A stretch of DNA of 64,000 nucleotides from Podarcis muralis (GCF_964188315.1 NC_135667.1:22320001-22384000), one strand, 5' to 3'. Shown: positions 11,912 to 24,784, counted from the first letter of the stretch. The notes: a model not told the origin generated them from the sequence alone. Numbers and translations are program-made.

Positions 11912-12500
11912 GTGCTGCCGAACACCCCCCCCCCCCCAATTTGGTGCTGCTCCATTGGCCTTGTTTTGGATCGGGTCGCCTGCTTTGGAGCAGGGGCTGG
12001 GTAGGAATTTTTCCATTTGGCAGCTTAGCTTCGTCCACTTGGTTTTCGCCTACCCCCTTAGCAATCATCACAACTTTGTAAAGTTTGGTGGTTAGGCATT
12101 GGTTTATAGAAATGTGTGGGAGGGGAGGTGTGGCCATTACCTGCCCCTCCAGAATTAGGGCATTCCATTAAAGTAATTTGTGGGTCCTGGATCTCGTCTG
12201 AAGTCTGCTTGAGGGGCTAGGGCCATTCCAAGACCACAGGAACACTGGGGTGAGCTTCAATCAATCTTCACCGATGTTGTTACCCTGGTTTGGTGCTTAC
12301 CCTTTCAGACTGCCAGCCAGAGAGGCAGGAGGCAATTATAGTCCCTGGCCAATGCCTAGGCCAATACCGCTCAATTTGTTTTGTAATCAATAAAGTTGTG
12401 GCCTAAATTTTGCCCAAAAACTTAAACTAAAATTATGTGTCTGTTTGCATTTATTTACTGGGAATGGGTTTGGGGGCCTCGGGGCACAAATCACAGTTAC
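11912..12500 (+). mobile_element. Non-coding structured repeat, copy 1 (DIRS/Ngaro-like terminal remnant, tentative)
   Basis: Absent from the A paralog. Aligns with 49680-50250 and shares CACAACTTTG and AATAAAGTTGTGGCC. The family assignment is inference. Confidence 0.55.
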
Positions 12501-12598
12501 ATCGGACAGGAGAGGAAGTGAGAACACAAACAGAATAAACCAGTAAAAGAAATACCAATAAATTTTTATTTTTATTATTTTCATGGTGGATGAAGTTA

Positions 12599-12848
12599 CA
12601 GTCGTACCTTGGTTTTCGAACAGCTTTGTTCTTGAATGTTTTGGCACCTGAACGCCGCAAACCTGGAAGTGTGTGTTCTGGTTTGCAAACTATTTTTGGA
12701 AGCCAAACGTCCAATGGGGCTTCCGTGGCTTTCAATTGGTTGCAGGAGCTTCTTGCATCCAATCAGAAGCTGTGGTTTGGTTTCTAAATGTTTTGGAAGT
12801 CAAACAGAATTCTGGAACGGATTCCATTTGACTTCCAAGGTACGGCTT
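12599..12848. mobile_element. Tc1/mariner-type MITE
   Basis: TIRs CAGTCGTACCTTGG / CCAAGGTACGGCTT flanked by TA on both sides. Confidence 0.8.
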
Positions 12849-13442
12849 TATATGATATGCAATTAAGTTGTACTCACAGTAGGCATATTGAAATTAATTA
12901 TCTTGGTGATGTCAGGTCCATTAATTCCAATAGATCTACTTTGAATAAAACTTCATTGAACGCCACTCATTATTTTTAGGATCTAAGCTGATATCCCTCT
13001 AAATATCAGTGGCGGGGAAACATGAGCAGGAAACAGTTATTGTGTTCAAATCCTGTTTGTGAGCTTCATATAGGTATCTGATTGGACATCCAAAGAGAAT
13101 ATGGACCTAGATGTATCTTTGTCTGCTCTGTTTGTGTTCTCTTTTCTTTGCTATTTTAAAATTTTTTTTGTTAAGTGATCGTTACTATTTATTTACTGTT
13201 ACTATTTATTTTTTGTTGTTGTTAAAAGAAATGTATTTTTCTCATATATAATAAACTTCAGAGGCATTACCATTCTGCATTTCCTGCTCATAAGTATATC
13301 ATTTTTCATTACATATTTTACAGGATCAGCAAATAGGGCAATGAAGAAATACATACATTAAACTCCGATAAAAGCAACTACTTTATGTTTTGAGAGATTT
13401 GTGGCATACTTTTGGGTCTGGTTACATCTATTCTTCTTTGAG

Positions 13443-13982
13443 ACATGAATGACTATTATAAATGCACCAGTAAAGATTATCCAAACTGGAAATAGAATGT
13501 GTGTATTCCCAAAGATTTGACATTCTTATTTTATGAACAACCTTTGGGAATCTGCTTAAGCTTCTCTACTCAACCCACCCTCCCCTGCAATTCCAGATGC
13601 TGATAGTAAGTCAGTTGTTGAAGAAATTGTATTACAATGTAATGAGGGGTGTGTTTTACGATGTCTTGTGCTACATGGGCTTCTTGGCCATTGCCAGTTT
13701 TTCTGTGACTTTCCCTGCCAGGAAATTACCAGTCAGTAAGTTCAAGATAAGTTGATCACTTTCAGCATGTTGGTCTTCTGCAGTATGTGGTTCTCCTTTG
13801 TTCCAACCTATCCAAGCTCCAAGCGAAGATTGATGGTTGCTGTGGATATTTTTTTTCTATCTTACCTACCAGGGCTGGCTTGCTGTGTTGCATCTTTTCT
13901 CCAAAATGTTATCTTTACCTACATTATTGTCTTGCGGCCGGAACTAAGCAATATGGAAAAGTTCATAAGAAGAATGAACTGA
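13443..13982 (+). pseudogene. Orphan V2R exon 6 relic with an internal deletion
   Basis: Exon 6 start (MND..KC..YPN) with a TAG at 13493. It jumps from PLGICL to the PPFPD-like region and has frameshifts, then [10 protein letters not shown]...LRPELS. No exons 1-5 are nearby on the plus strand. Confidence 0.88.
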
Positions 13983-15382
13983 AAAATGAGTCTCTGTTCC
14001 TTCAGTGGATCTTTTTGAGACACATTAATTGTTTTTAAGTTCTGAAATCTGATGGTAGCTATCTTAGAAGGAAACTCTCAGAGGCATTCTCATATACAAT
14101 AAAATTCACTTTTTGAATCAAAGTAGTAACAATTATTTCAGCAATTGGTCCAATGAATCTCTCCTATGAATGAACCTCAGTGATAGAAACTGATACCTTA
14201 AATATTTAGTAGAGGTATTTTCCTAGGATTGCCATATATCTTGAATACAACATGTGTCAGCAGTGTCCTGGTGGAAATTGCTCCCATCCCCCCCAAAAAA
14301 GTTCAGGAAAATGCAGCCAGCCCTTACTAAATTTTCAATTTCAACATTCTCTACATAAAGTATTTTCTGTATGTTTGATTCCTCCCTTCTCTGTATGTAT
14401 TTGGAATAAGCAATGACAATGCTCATGGGCGCTTTTGATTTACCCTAGTTTATTTATTAATTTATGCATGAACTCTTAAAAGCTATTAAATTGGTGGATT
14501 ATTTTCAAAAACTGCTTTCATTATTGTGAACAGTATCAGTTGCAATGGTGCTAAGAAACATAGCTGCACCAACCACACTCTAACAGTGAGTGGAGGACTG
14601 ACAACCCTCTGGAACAGAGGCTTAGACATTTTCTCTGCTCATTTTCCATGTCTCCCACTCTAAAGAAGATACTTGTAGAACATCTTCTAAGCCCTCTAGT
14701 TTAGTGCTGCTGCTACAGGATGCCCATAAATCACAATTGTGAGCAATATGTTTGCATTTGTGAATGAGAGTTTGCCATGACTCCCTCTCATTCAAGGAAC
14801 TGAAACACTCTTATTTTCAATCTTTCCATTTATAAAATCAATCAAAACCTAGTTTAAAAAACATGAATCTTCTATCTAGTCCCACACCTAAGACTCATTC
14901 TTTCCTTGCCATAGGCCAGTCCAAGCCCGCCACGATTATTTCTGTTCAAATAAGTTCAAAACTTCTGCTAACGCAGAAGAATTATTTTCTTCTTCAAATC
15001 CACAATTCCCTGACTTTGGCTTGGCAATTACTTCACCCATTAATTATCATAAAGAGTGTAATCAATTCTGCTGCTTGTAAAAAAAAAGAAGAAAAAAAAG
15101 CTCTAAGGCAAAGTTAAAATTAGAATCAAGAAATCATATTGTATGTGAAGGATGTCATAAATATACCTTCTTGCATTCAGAGAAAGGTTTAGGCACTAGA
15201 AACAGGAACATTAGTATGATTACTGATATTTGTGTTCAGGGATCTTGATTTCAGGTTTCTTAGAAAACTGTCTGAACATTCTGCTCAGGCCATTAAAATC
15301 ATATTCCTTATGCATAGCGTCATAGATAAAAAGAGAAGAACCTACAAATATAGTAGAATAACGAGCATTTCTGCTTAGCATA

Positions 15383-15597
15383 ATGGCATTAGTGGTTTTG
15401 CTGCTGGTACTGCTTCCCCATATAACATCTGAAACTCACATTCATATGTGCAGGGTCCAGCACCCACCTCAGCCTGTTCACAGATACTATCAGAATGGAG
15501 ACCTCATCATTGGTGTCATTGCTTCTCAGAGCTTCATTGTCTCTAGCTCAATAGACTTCACTGAACAGCCACCTCCAACACTGAATGAAGACTTAAT
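15383..15597 (+). CDS. V2R-C exon 1
   Basis: ATG, signal peptide, GDLIIG, phase-2 GTGAGG donor; 215 bp. Confidence 0.92.
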
Positions 15598-16671
15598 GTG
15601 AGGAAGTGCTGCCTTTTTTTATTAAAAAAAAATCTACTTCCTACCTTTCCTTTCCCCCCTTTCTTTTCTGCTCGGAGGTGAGGTATTGCAGTAAGATCAG
15701 TTTTTGGAGCATCAGGCTCCCAGTAGTGAATTATGGTGTTAGATTGTAAAAATGCTAATACAATTAAATCAATGCAAAAAAAAAGAGGGGGAGGAGATGC
15801 TGATTTCATTTTATATGGCCACAGAAGAAGTGACCTTATGGCTCATAATGATTGGGTCCATGGCACTGACTTTGGCCTTACATTAATGCTCAGTGGGGAG
15901 GATCCCATTAATCATTGGAATGGAGTAACTATCCTAGAACTTTTAAGCACTATCTTATCCTATTTTATCAATTCCTGCATGTCACCAAGTTCCTCCAATT
16001 CACTTACACATCATCCCATCTTACATCTTCCTCTCTCAATTTATGCATTCATCCTCTGTGAAAATTCCTTTCTATGCTGTAGAAGATAAAAGAGATTGCT
16101 TCAAAATTTGTTTCTTTAGTTTGATCAAAATAATAGGAATCTATCAGCCAATGAAAGTGTAATATTCTTAAATTGAATTATATTAGTTCCTCCATCCTCT
16201 GTTTTATTTCATCTTCTTGTACAATTCTGTTTCATTAAACTTTTTATTTTGTTATAAATATGTATAAATACCTATCTATGAAAGGTTAAATAAAAAGGGC
16301 AAAAATAAGACATTGGGTGATGAATGCTGATAGTGCAGAAAAAGGATGTTATCAGTAGAAAGCTTATTGTATTAGAACACAATGGCAAAGAGTGGATAGG
16401 TTTGAGACTGCCTTAAATCACATTTTCAAATTAATTTAAATCACATGGATCATTTTAGTGCATTCTACTGTAAATAGTACTTTACCAGAGATGTATCAGT
16501 GTTGCATTTTTAATGATAAACAGTGATATTGGCAGCTGTTTAATATTTTTGTAATTTGTATTTGAATAAGCCTCTATACTGAAACAATCCTGATGATGAA
16601 TAGGCAGATCAGAGTGGCATGTTCTTGTTCTTGTTATATCCTTCTGATACACAATGAAACTATCATTCTAG

Positions 16672-16963
16672 TATAGTACCTAATAATTACCAACACATCC
16701 TGGCCTTGGCCTTCTCAGTAAAGGAGATCAATGAAAACCCTCAGATCTTACCCAATATCACCCTGGGCTTCCACATTTATGACAGCTATTTCAATGCCAA
16801 GGCGACCTATCATGCCACTATACTACTTACTTCAACTCTGGAGAGATTTGTCCCCAATTACATATGCAATATCCAGAATAATCTAATAGCAGTCATTGGG
16901 GGACTGGACTCCGAAATTTCCCTTCATGTGGCAAATGCCTTGGATATTTACAAGATTCCACAG
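16672..16963 (+). CDS. V2R-C exon 2
   Basis: 292 bp, AG/GT; [20 protein letters not shown]...YKIPQ. Confidence 0.94.
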
Positions 16964-16994
16964 GTAGGATGTACACGTGTGTTGATATTATTGC

Positions 16995-17136
16995 CAGTGC
17001 TTTTTTTCTGGGGGGACGCAGGGGGGCGCATACCCCTAAACATTTTTTGAATCCAAGTTTGGCCTCATTGAAGGGCAGTTTTTCAATATGAATAGGAAAA
17101 TGAAAGTACCCCTAAACTTTTTTTTTTAAAGCACTG
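16995..17136. mobile_element. hAT-type MITE
   Basis: TIRs CAGTGCTTT/AAAGCACTG; 8-bp TSD ATTATTGC/ATTATTGT. Confidence 0.75.
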
Positions 17137-17707
17137 ATTATTGTTATTTTTATTAAGCTCCATTCATGTGCATGACACCTTAGTAAGAACAGATATGGAA
17201 GGTTCCCATCCCAAGGCACTTAACATATAACAAAATAGAGCAGGGAAGCAACAGAGCAAGTAGTGAAATGGTAGCATAGATAATAGGTAGAGGATTATTA
17301 TGTCAGTATTAGAGTACCACATACTTTGGTTTAGTTGCAGTAAGTAAATGGATTGGTCGCAGTGGTTCCAAGACACTGACAATTGCTATGGATCTTGGGA
17401 GACCACTTAATAGTTAGTCTTGTGCCAATTGTAATACGCTGTGTTGTATTATATTTAATTGTATTTTACAGACGCACCACCAAACCCCTGAATGCAGCTT
17501 ATGGCCACTTGGACTAAGGGATAGGTAGTTGAAAGGTTTATAACCAGACATGTCCAAATCAAGAGATTCAGGTTCAGGCAAAACATCTGAGAACGTCTTG
17601 TTGGGTAGCTACCCAACCCCTTCAAAAATGTACACCTAACTTATAGTTATGTTACTGCAGAAATATAAGCATCTTATTTTCCATTTCCACTTTCCATTTA
17701 TCTTTAG

Positions 17708-18568
17708 CTAACATACAGCCCTGCTCCAGTGATGAATGATAAAACTCCAGGTCTTCCCTTCTACCAGATGGTCCCTAATGAAGCCATTCAGTATACAGGA
17801 ATTCTTTCTTTACTTCTGCATTTTGGGTGGACATGGATTGGGCTTGTTGTTATGGATACCTCAGATGGAGAAAGATTTGTGCAAACTGTAGTTCCACTGT
17901 TTTCCCAGAATGGGGTCTGTTTTGCTTTCATAAAAAGAATTCCAATATTGACTTTTATTGCTGACGTTAAGAATGTGATAGAAGAGGGTGCAAAAATACA
18001 TGATGAAGTAATGGGCAGCAAAGCCAATGTATTGGTTGCCTATGGAGAATCGTATTCCTTGGCATTTTTTAGATTTCTTCCATATATATCACAACAAGAA
18101 CACAAGTCAGGTAAATCAAAAGGTAAAGTCTGGATAGGAACAGCGCAGGTGGAACATACTTCATTTGTTTTTCAAAAGTCATGGGATGATGAACTATTCT
18201 ACGGTGCTCTCGCCTTCAGAATTCACTCCAATGATGTCCCACAGTTTCATGAGTTTGTTGAGAGCATAAATCCATTTAACAGGACAGGAGATGGCTTTAT
18301 CAGGGACTTCTGGCAAAATGCCTTTGGCTGTGGATTTCCAATTCATGCTCTGGATGAGGAGAAGGGGGACTTTTGCACTGGGAACGAGAAACTGGAAAGC
18401 CTCCCTCATTCTTTTTTTGAAATGAGCATGACTGGCCATAGCTACAGCATCTACAATGCTGTCTATGTTGTTGCCAATGCTTTCCATAAAATGTCCTTCA
18501 CTAGACTCAAAAGAAGTGCAGTGGTGGAGGAAGAAGGACTGAAACATCAAAAACAACTTTCATCGCAG
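17708..18568 (+). CDS. V2R-C exon 3
   Basis: 861 bp open frame, AG/GT. Confidence 0.94.
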
Positions 18569-19166
18569 GTAAGGAAGTTAAAGTTCTCTTGTAGATGAGC
18601 AGAATACTTTGAGTGAAATAATAGGTCATAATGTGGAAACAAAATGTTTGCTAAATTCTTTATGATCTCACATTTTCATCTTAATTCTACTTACCACAAT
18701 CCAGAATGAAAGAAAAAAAGTTCAACTTTTATACAGCAATCTTGTTTCTTCTTCTTGGGGCCCAGGAGGTTAACATTAGCCCAGATCATACTGCTGCACT
18801 TTTGGCTCAAATTGAATCACCTCCTGTGTTGTTTAGTATAGTGATGGATAGGCTCCATCTTCCCACATCTTCCCAAAAATGAACTAGTGTTATCTCAATA
18901 GCTTAAATTGGTGAATGGGTTGGTGAAATATTTTCATGTGCACAGCTACTCAAACCAGCCCAAACAGTGCTTGTCTTCTGTTCATTCTGCACATACCATT
19001 ACTATTTTATCTGAAAGATTCCACTCCATCACTTTTGATCAGGAAAAAATGTTCAAGCATTAATGGGTTTAAACAACAACAAAGACTTTTGATTGTGACC
19101 TGCATTGTGAGGTTGCTTTATTTTGACAACTGCCACAAATTTTCTTTGGTATCCCTTTCAATGTAG

Positions 19167-19388
19167 CTCCATCATTCCCTGAGAAGTATCTCATTTAACA
19201 ACAGCGTGGGGGAAATGGTTTCCTTTGATAATAACAGACAGTTTGCAGCTGGATTTGATGTTACCAACTGGGTTAATTCTGGAGAAGAACCTGTAGTGAA
19301 AGTTGGGAAGATGGATCCCAAGGCTCACCCAGGCCAAGCATTCACCATCAATGAAGATGCCATAACATGGCACATTTGGTTTAACCAG
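19167..19388 (+). CDS. V2R-C exon 4
   Basis: 222 bp in frame; LHHSLRSISFNN...WFNQ; AG/GT. Confidence 0.93.
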
Positions 19389-19728
19389 GTAAGATTCACC
19401 AGCCAGCAATCTGGTAGCTATTCTTTAATACTTGTATGAGAAGAAAGTCACTGTCTTTGTGTGTGTGCATGTGTCTCTGTGTACTTTTAAAAATTTGATA
19501 AATAAGGGCAAACTCCAAAAAAGGTAATTAATGTGAATAGAAACACAATAAATGTATGGAAACATATATCAACTGACCATTCGAAAACTATTATTTGTTT
19601 TGAATATATGATGGGCCTCAGCTGTTTTATCCCACGAGTAGCACAGTATTATAGGATGAAACCATGGAATAGTGAATCCCATGGATGTCTGCACCCCCAG
19701 TAAAAGTCTTCTTCTTTTTCATGACTAG

Positions 19729-19855
19729 ACACAACCTCTTTCTCTGTGTACAGAGAGTTGCCATCCTGGTTCCAGCAAGAAAGTGAAGGAGGGGGAGCCA
19801 TTTTGCTGCTATGATTGCATCCCATGTCCAGAAGGGAAGATTTCAGACCAGGAAG
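19729..19855 (+). CDS. V2R-C exon 5
   Basis: 127 bp; [14 protein letters not shown]...[14 protein letters not shown]; AG/GT (translated by hand). Confidence 0.93.
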
Positions 19856-21183
19856 GTAAATAATAGACTGTACAAAGATTAGGTCCAACCCGACATAGCA
19901 TACAAAATTGTTTTTGTTTTCTTCTACTGGGACTGGATGTGAACCTGAAGAAGAATAAAAAATAATTTGTACTGTTTCTCTCTGGAGAATCATGTGCCCC
20001 TCCTTATACTACTCATATTCAAATAGTCATCATTCAGCCGGGATACATGAATGCAAAAACGTATATGGAGATAGGCATGTGTAATATCCCCGCCCCCAAA
20101 TATCACTAGCCACACCTCCTCCACTTCTGCCTTCTGTGTGATCAAAAGAAAAGTCTGAAGGAGCCTTGTCAGTGCATTTGCCTGAACATGTTTATAAGTC
20201 GCCTTGTGAAGATAAGGCCACATTCCTGATCAGGCCACATTCCTGATCATGACGATACTTGTAAGCATACCAGCAAATGCATGTACACATCACTAGAAAG
20301 GGATGAATTGAGTTCTCCCCATCTCATGTTGCTTTCTCAGATATGCAGTAATAGGTCTACAACTGTGCAAGTGATTCAGCTGAATCAAAGTTTTTATCCA
20401 CATTTGGCAGATTTGGGCTGTTCGAGGTGACACTCAACTTGGCTTGAGACAGCTTTGGATTGTTGAAGGTTGGTGACCCAGAATAATCTAGGGCTGCCGG
20501 AGGGAAAGCTATAAGGCAGAAAGGAAAGGCAGGAGTTAGGGGGAAAGAAGGAGATACTGCATAAATAAAGTAGGCCGAAGCTACTTGGCCATTCATGTAT
20601 TTCCCAGTGAAGGTAGGGATGGGGTGGGGTGGGGAAGCTGTTGGAATTTGGGATGCAGGCTTTCTCATTTAGCTTCTCTTTCCTGGCTATTATCTCCCTC
20701 TTCATGGTCACCACACCACCCCTTAATGCAATACCATGCAGGATGAAATCCTTCACTTAGCAGCTGGTAAGCAAGTGATTCCACCCTACAGGATTCAGGT
20801 TGCTCCTCCTTCCTACGAGTCATCCCTTCTGGGGAGGTACTTGTGCAAGAGGAATAATATGCTCCATGCAAATCAGATCCTTTACTAAGTATAAGATTCA
20901 ATCCTACCTGCTGCTCCTTCACTAGGGGCTTCTCTGTTGGGAGCGCCCTTGTTAAAAAGCTGAACACCACAGGATTGAACCTTCCTGCTCTCAGTGCGAT
21001 GATGTCTACTCCCTATATCTCTTTTACACACACAAACAATTTATTCTTTTGGCTGTAAGCTACCTCAATTCTTTTAAATATAAGTGTTAGGTATAAATAA
21101 TAAACTCATTATGAACTTGTATCTTGAAAAAGCTACACTTAGAAAACTGGGCTTCTATCATCTATCTTGTATCTATCGATCTA

Positions 21184-21784
21184 NNNNNNNNNNNNNNNNN
21201 NNNNNNNNNNNNNNNNNNNNNNNNNNNNNNNNNNNNNNNNNNNNNNNNNNNNNNNNNNNNNNNNNNNNNNNNNNNNNNNNNNNNNNNNNNNNNNNNNNNN
21301 NNNNNNNNNNNNNNNNNNNNNNNNNNNNNNNNNNNNNNNNNNNNNNNNNNNNNNNNNNNNNNNNNNNNNNNNNNNNNNNNNNNNNNNNNNNNNNNNNNNN
21401 NNNNNNNNNNNNNNNNNNNNNNNNNNNNNNNNNNNNNNNNNNNNNNNNNNNNNNNNNNNNNNNNNNNNNNNNNNNNNNNNNNNNNNNNNNNNNNNNNNNN
21501 NNNNNNNNNNNNNNNNNNNNNNNNNNNNNNNNNNNNNNNNNNNNNNNNNNNNNNNNNNNNNNNNNNNNNNNNNNNNNNNNNNNNNNNNNNNNNNNNNNNN
21601 NNNNNNNNNNNNNNNNNNNNNNNNNNNNNNNNNNNNNNNNNNNNNNNNNNNNNNNNNNNNNNNNNNNNNNNNNNNNNNNNNNNNNNNNNNNNNNNNNNNN
21701 NNNNNNNNNNNNNNNNNNNNNNNNNNNNNNNNNNNNNNNNNNNNNNNNNNNNNNNNNNNNNNNNNNNNNNNNNNNNNNNNNNNN
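21184..21784. other. Assembly gap (601 N)
   Basis: Run of N, preceded by a (TCTA)n-like repeat. Confidence 0.99.
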
Positions 21785-21846
21785 GAGATGTGTACCACTT
21801 ATCACTAAGGTAGTGATAGGTAAATCACTATTTTATTCTTTTCCAG

Positions 21847-22748
21847 ATTTGAATGATTGTTATGAATGCACAGATGAAAATTATCCAAACAAAAACAGAG
21901 ATTTGTGTATTCCCAAGAATGTAAGCTACCTGACATTTGAAGAGCCTTTGGGGCTCACTTTAGCCTGTTTGTCTCTGTCATTTTGTTTGATCACAGCTCT
22001 TGTCCTAGTGACCTTTATGAAGCACCATGACACCCCTATTGTCAAAGCCAACAACCGGGACCTCACCTACATTCTCCTCATCGCCCTCCTATTCTGCTTC
22101 ATTTGTGCATTGCTATTCATTGGCAAACCTTGGAAGGTGACATGTCTCCTCCGGCAAACTGCTTTTGGCATCATCTTCTCTGTGGCTGTTTCTTGTGTGC
22201 TGGCAAAAACCATCACAGTTGTCCTGGCTTTCATGGCCACTAAGCCAGGATCTAGGGTGAAGAAATGGATTGGGAGAAGCCTTGCCTACTCCATTGTCAT
22301 CTCCTGTTCTGTCATTCAAGCAGGCACCTGCCTTGTGTGGCTGGCAACTAATCCTCCATTTCCAGATGTTGACACACACTCTGTGTCTGATGAAATTATA
22401 CTAGAATGTAATGAGAGCTCTGTAACTATGTTTTACTGTGTTCTTGGCTACATGGGCTTCCTGGCTATTGTTAGTTTTACTGTAGCTTTCTTTGCCAGGA
22501 AGTTACCTGACAGTTTCAATGAAGCCAAGTTTATCACTTTCAGTATGCTGGTCTTCTGCAGTGTTTGGTTATCTTTTGTTCCAACTTACTTGAGCACTAA
22601 AGGGAAATACATGGTAGCAGTGGAGATCTTTTCTATCTTAACCTCTAGTGCTGGGCTGCTGGGCTGTATCTTTTCTCCAAAATGTTACATTATTTTGTTG
22701 AGGCCTGAGCTGAATGACAGGGGCCTCCTAATAAGAAGAAAGTCTTAA
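21847..22748 (+). CDS. V2R-C exon 6 (7TM); assignment to C crosses the gap
   Basis: ttccag|AT acceptor, intact 7TM frame to TAA; 902 bp. Confidence 0.9.
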
Positions 22749-24375
22749 AGAAAGTCCTTGTCTGTGTCTTGGTTATTGCCTATAATACAGTGGTGTTTGT
22801 TGCATTTATGTAATATATTTTCATGTGTCGCTGTAAGAAACAGCATTATGAATATATACCAACTCACTTTCCTCAAGACTCTTTTTCAAATTCTTCATGC
22901 ATTCCATAAATTCCATAGATTTCAGACATGTTTAGAAGTTTGGATTCACAGAAGTTTGGATTCAATGGACTGTCATAAAAGTCAGACATATGATAGCATA
23001 ATGCCCTAATCTAATATATGCATTTATTTATTTCTATACTGTTTGGTCATAAAAACCTCAAAGCTAGGGTTCTCACTCATCTGCCTGCTATGGCAACAGT
23101 AGTGCCTCCCAGCGTCTCCTGAACAAAACTGGGAGTAGTGGTTACCTCTGCCAGTGGAAGTTACACCAACCTAATTTATACCATATATATGCCAGCTCTC
23201 TTACAGAACTATCATAACTTTAGGAAGCCAGCATGAATTACCTCTAATCCAAGCTGTTTTTGACAGTGTGCCTGAGCCAGCCTAAGCTGGCATAGGGCAC
23301 AAGAAAGAAAAGTGGGAGGCATCTGAAGAAACTAGTGTGGCTGCATAAGGCTGAGGTTTAAGAAGGGCATGCATAAGTAATGGAAGAAAGGGGAAATCAT
23401 GAAGGAAGAGTATATATGTCTAGCCAACAGTTGAAGAGAGAAGGTCAACCAGGCCAAAACTCAGAATCAGCTCATGCTTGCAAGAGTGGTTAAAAATAAT
23501 ACTAAAAATTCTTCAGCTATATTTGAAGCAAGAGGAAGAACTAGCATGTCATTCAAGATGACCTTAACAGACTGGAGACGTGGACCCAAGCTAACACCAA
23601 GAATTTCAATAGGGACAAATGTAAAGTTCTACACGCAGGAAGGACCAGATGCACAAATATAAGATGGGGACATCCTATTGCAGATATTGTGCAGCATGAG
23701 GCAACTAGATGCAAAAAAACTGACTCCTTTTGGAATGAAACAATGTCCAGACCCATTAGATTGCTCTAAACTTCACTTGCAGAACTTTCTTCAAAACAAA
23801 ACAAAAACATCGAAGGTACATCCAAATAATTCCACACAAGAATTGTGCTGTCTAGCACAGGCTCAGCATCTTAGAAATAAAAGAATTTATAATCAGAGTT
23901 GACAAAAATAGCTCTGTCTCACATAAGCTCCATTAGCCTGCATTCCAACCCTTAAGGCTGTTGACCTCCCAGAGAGGCTTCTTATTCCCACAAAGCCTGA
24001 GAAAAAAAGACTCAGCCACCAGCATGATGGTGAATTTGCAGTTCAATAGCCTCCCATGTCATCTAAGGTTAATCTCCCATGAATTATCTACTAGAGAACA
24101 ACAGCATTTAATTATCAACCCATCAAGGAATTCAGAGACCACTTTGTATACTTCAATGGAATTTCTCCACATTAAAGCCATCAGTAATACACATTTAGGC
24201 ATTCCCCATTTCAATGTTAATTAAGCAATTATCCTTAACACATCTGGCTTGCCAGTAGTGCATGTGAAAAGGATCTAGGGGTCTTAGTAGACCACAAATT
24301 TCATATGACTCAACAGTGTGATGCAGCTGCAAAAAAAAAAAAAAAAAAAAAAAAAGCCTATTCTAGGCTGCATCA

Positions 24376-24733
24376 GGGACGCGGGTGGCGCTGTGGGTAA
24401 AAGCCTCAGCGCCTAGGGCTTGCCGATCGAAAGGTCGGCGGTTCGAATCCCCGCGGCGGGGTGCGCTCCCGTTACTTGGTCCCAGCGCCTGCCAACCTAG
24501 CAGTTCGTAAGCACCTCCGGGGTGCAAGTAGATAAATAGGGACCGCTTACTAGCGGGAAGGTAAACAGTGTTTCCGTGTGCGGCTCTGGCTCGCCAGAGC
24601 AGCGATGTCACGCTGGCCACGTGACCCGGAAGTGTCTTCGGACAGCGCTGGCCCCTGGCCTATAGAGTGAGATGGGCGCACAACCCTAAAGTCTGTCAAG
24701 ACTGGCCCGTACGGGCAGGGGTACCTTTACCTT
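24376..24733 (+). mobile_element. Sauria SINE (tRNA-derived), full length
   Basis: A/B boxes (GGTTCGAATCC), (ACCTTT)n tail, 12-bp TSD TAGGCTGCATCA at 24364-24375 and 24734-24745. Confidence 0.9.
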
Positions 24734-24784
24734 TAGGCTGCATCAACAAAAGTGTCCAGTTCAATGGAAGTAATAGTCCTGTTC

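Noticed and set aside
21084-21813. Long ORFs made mostly of X
   Set aside because: Artefacts of the 601-N gap; only 21847-22748 is real coding sequence.
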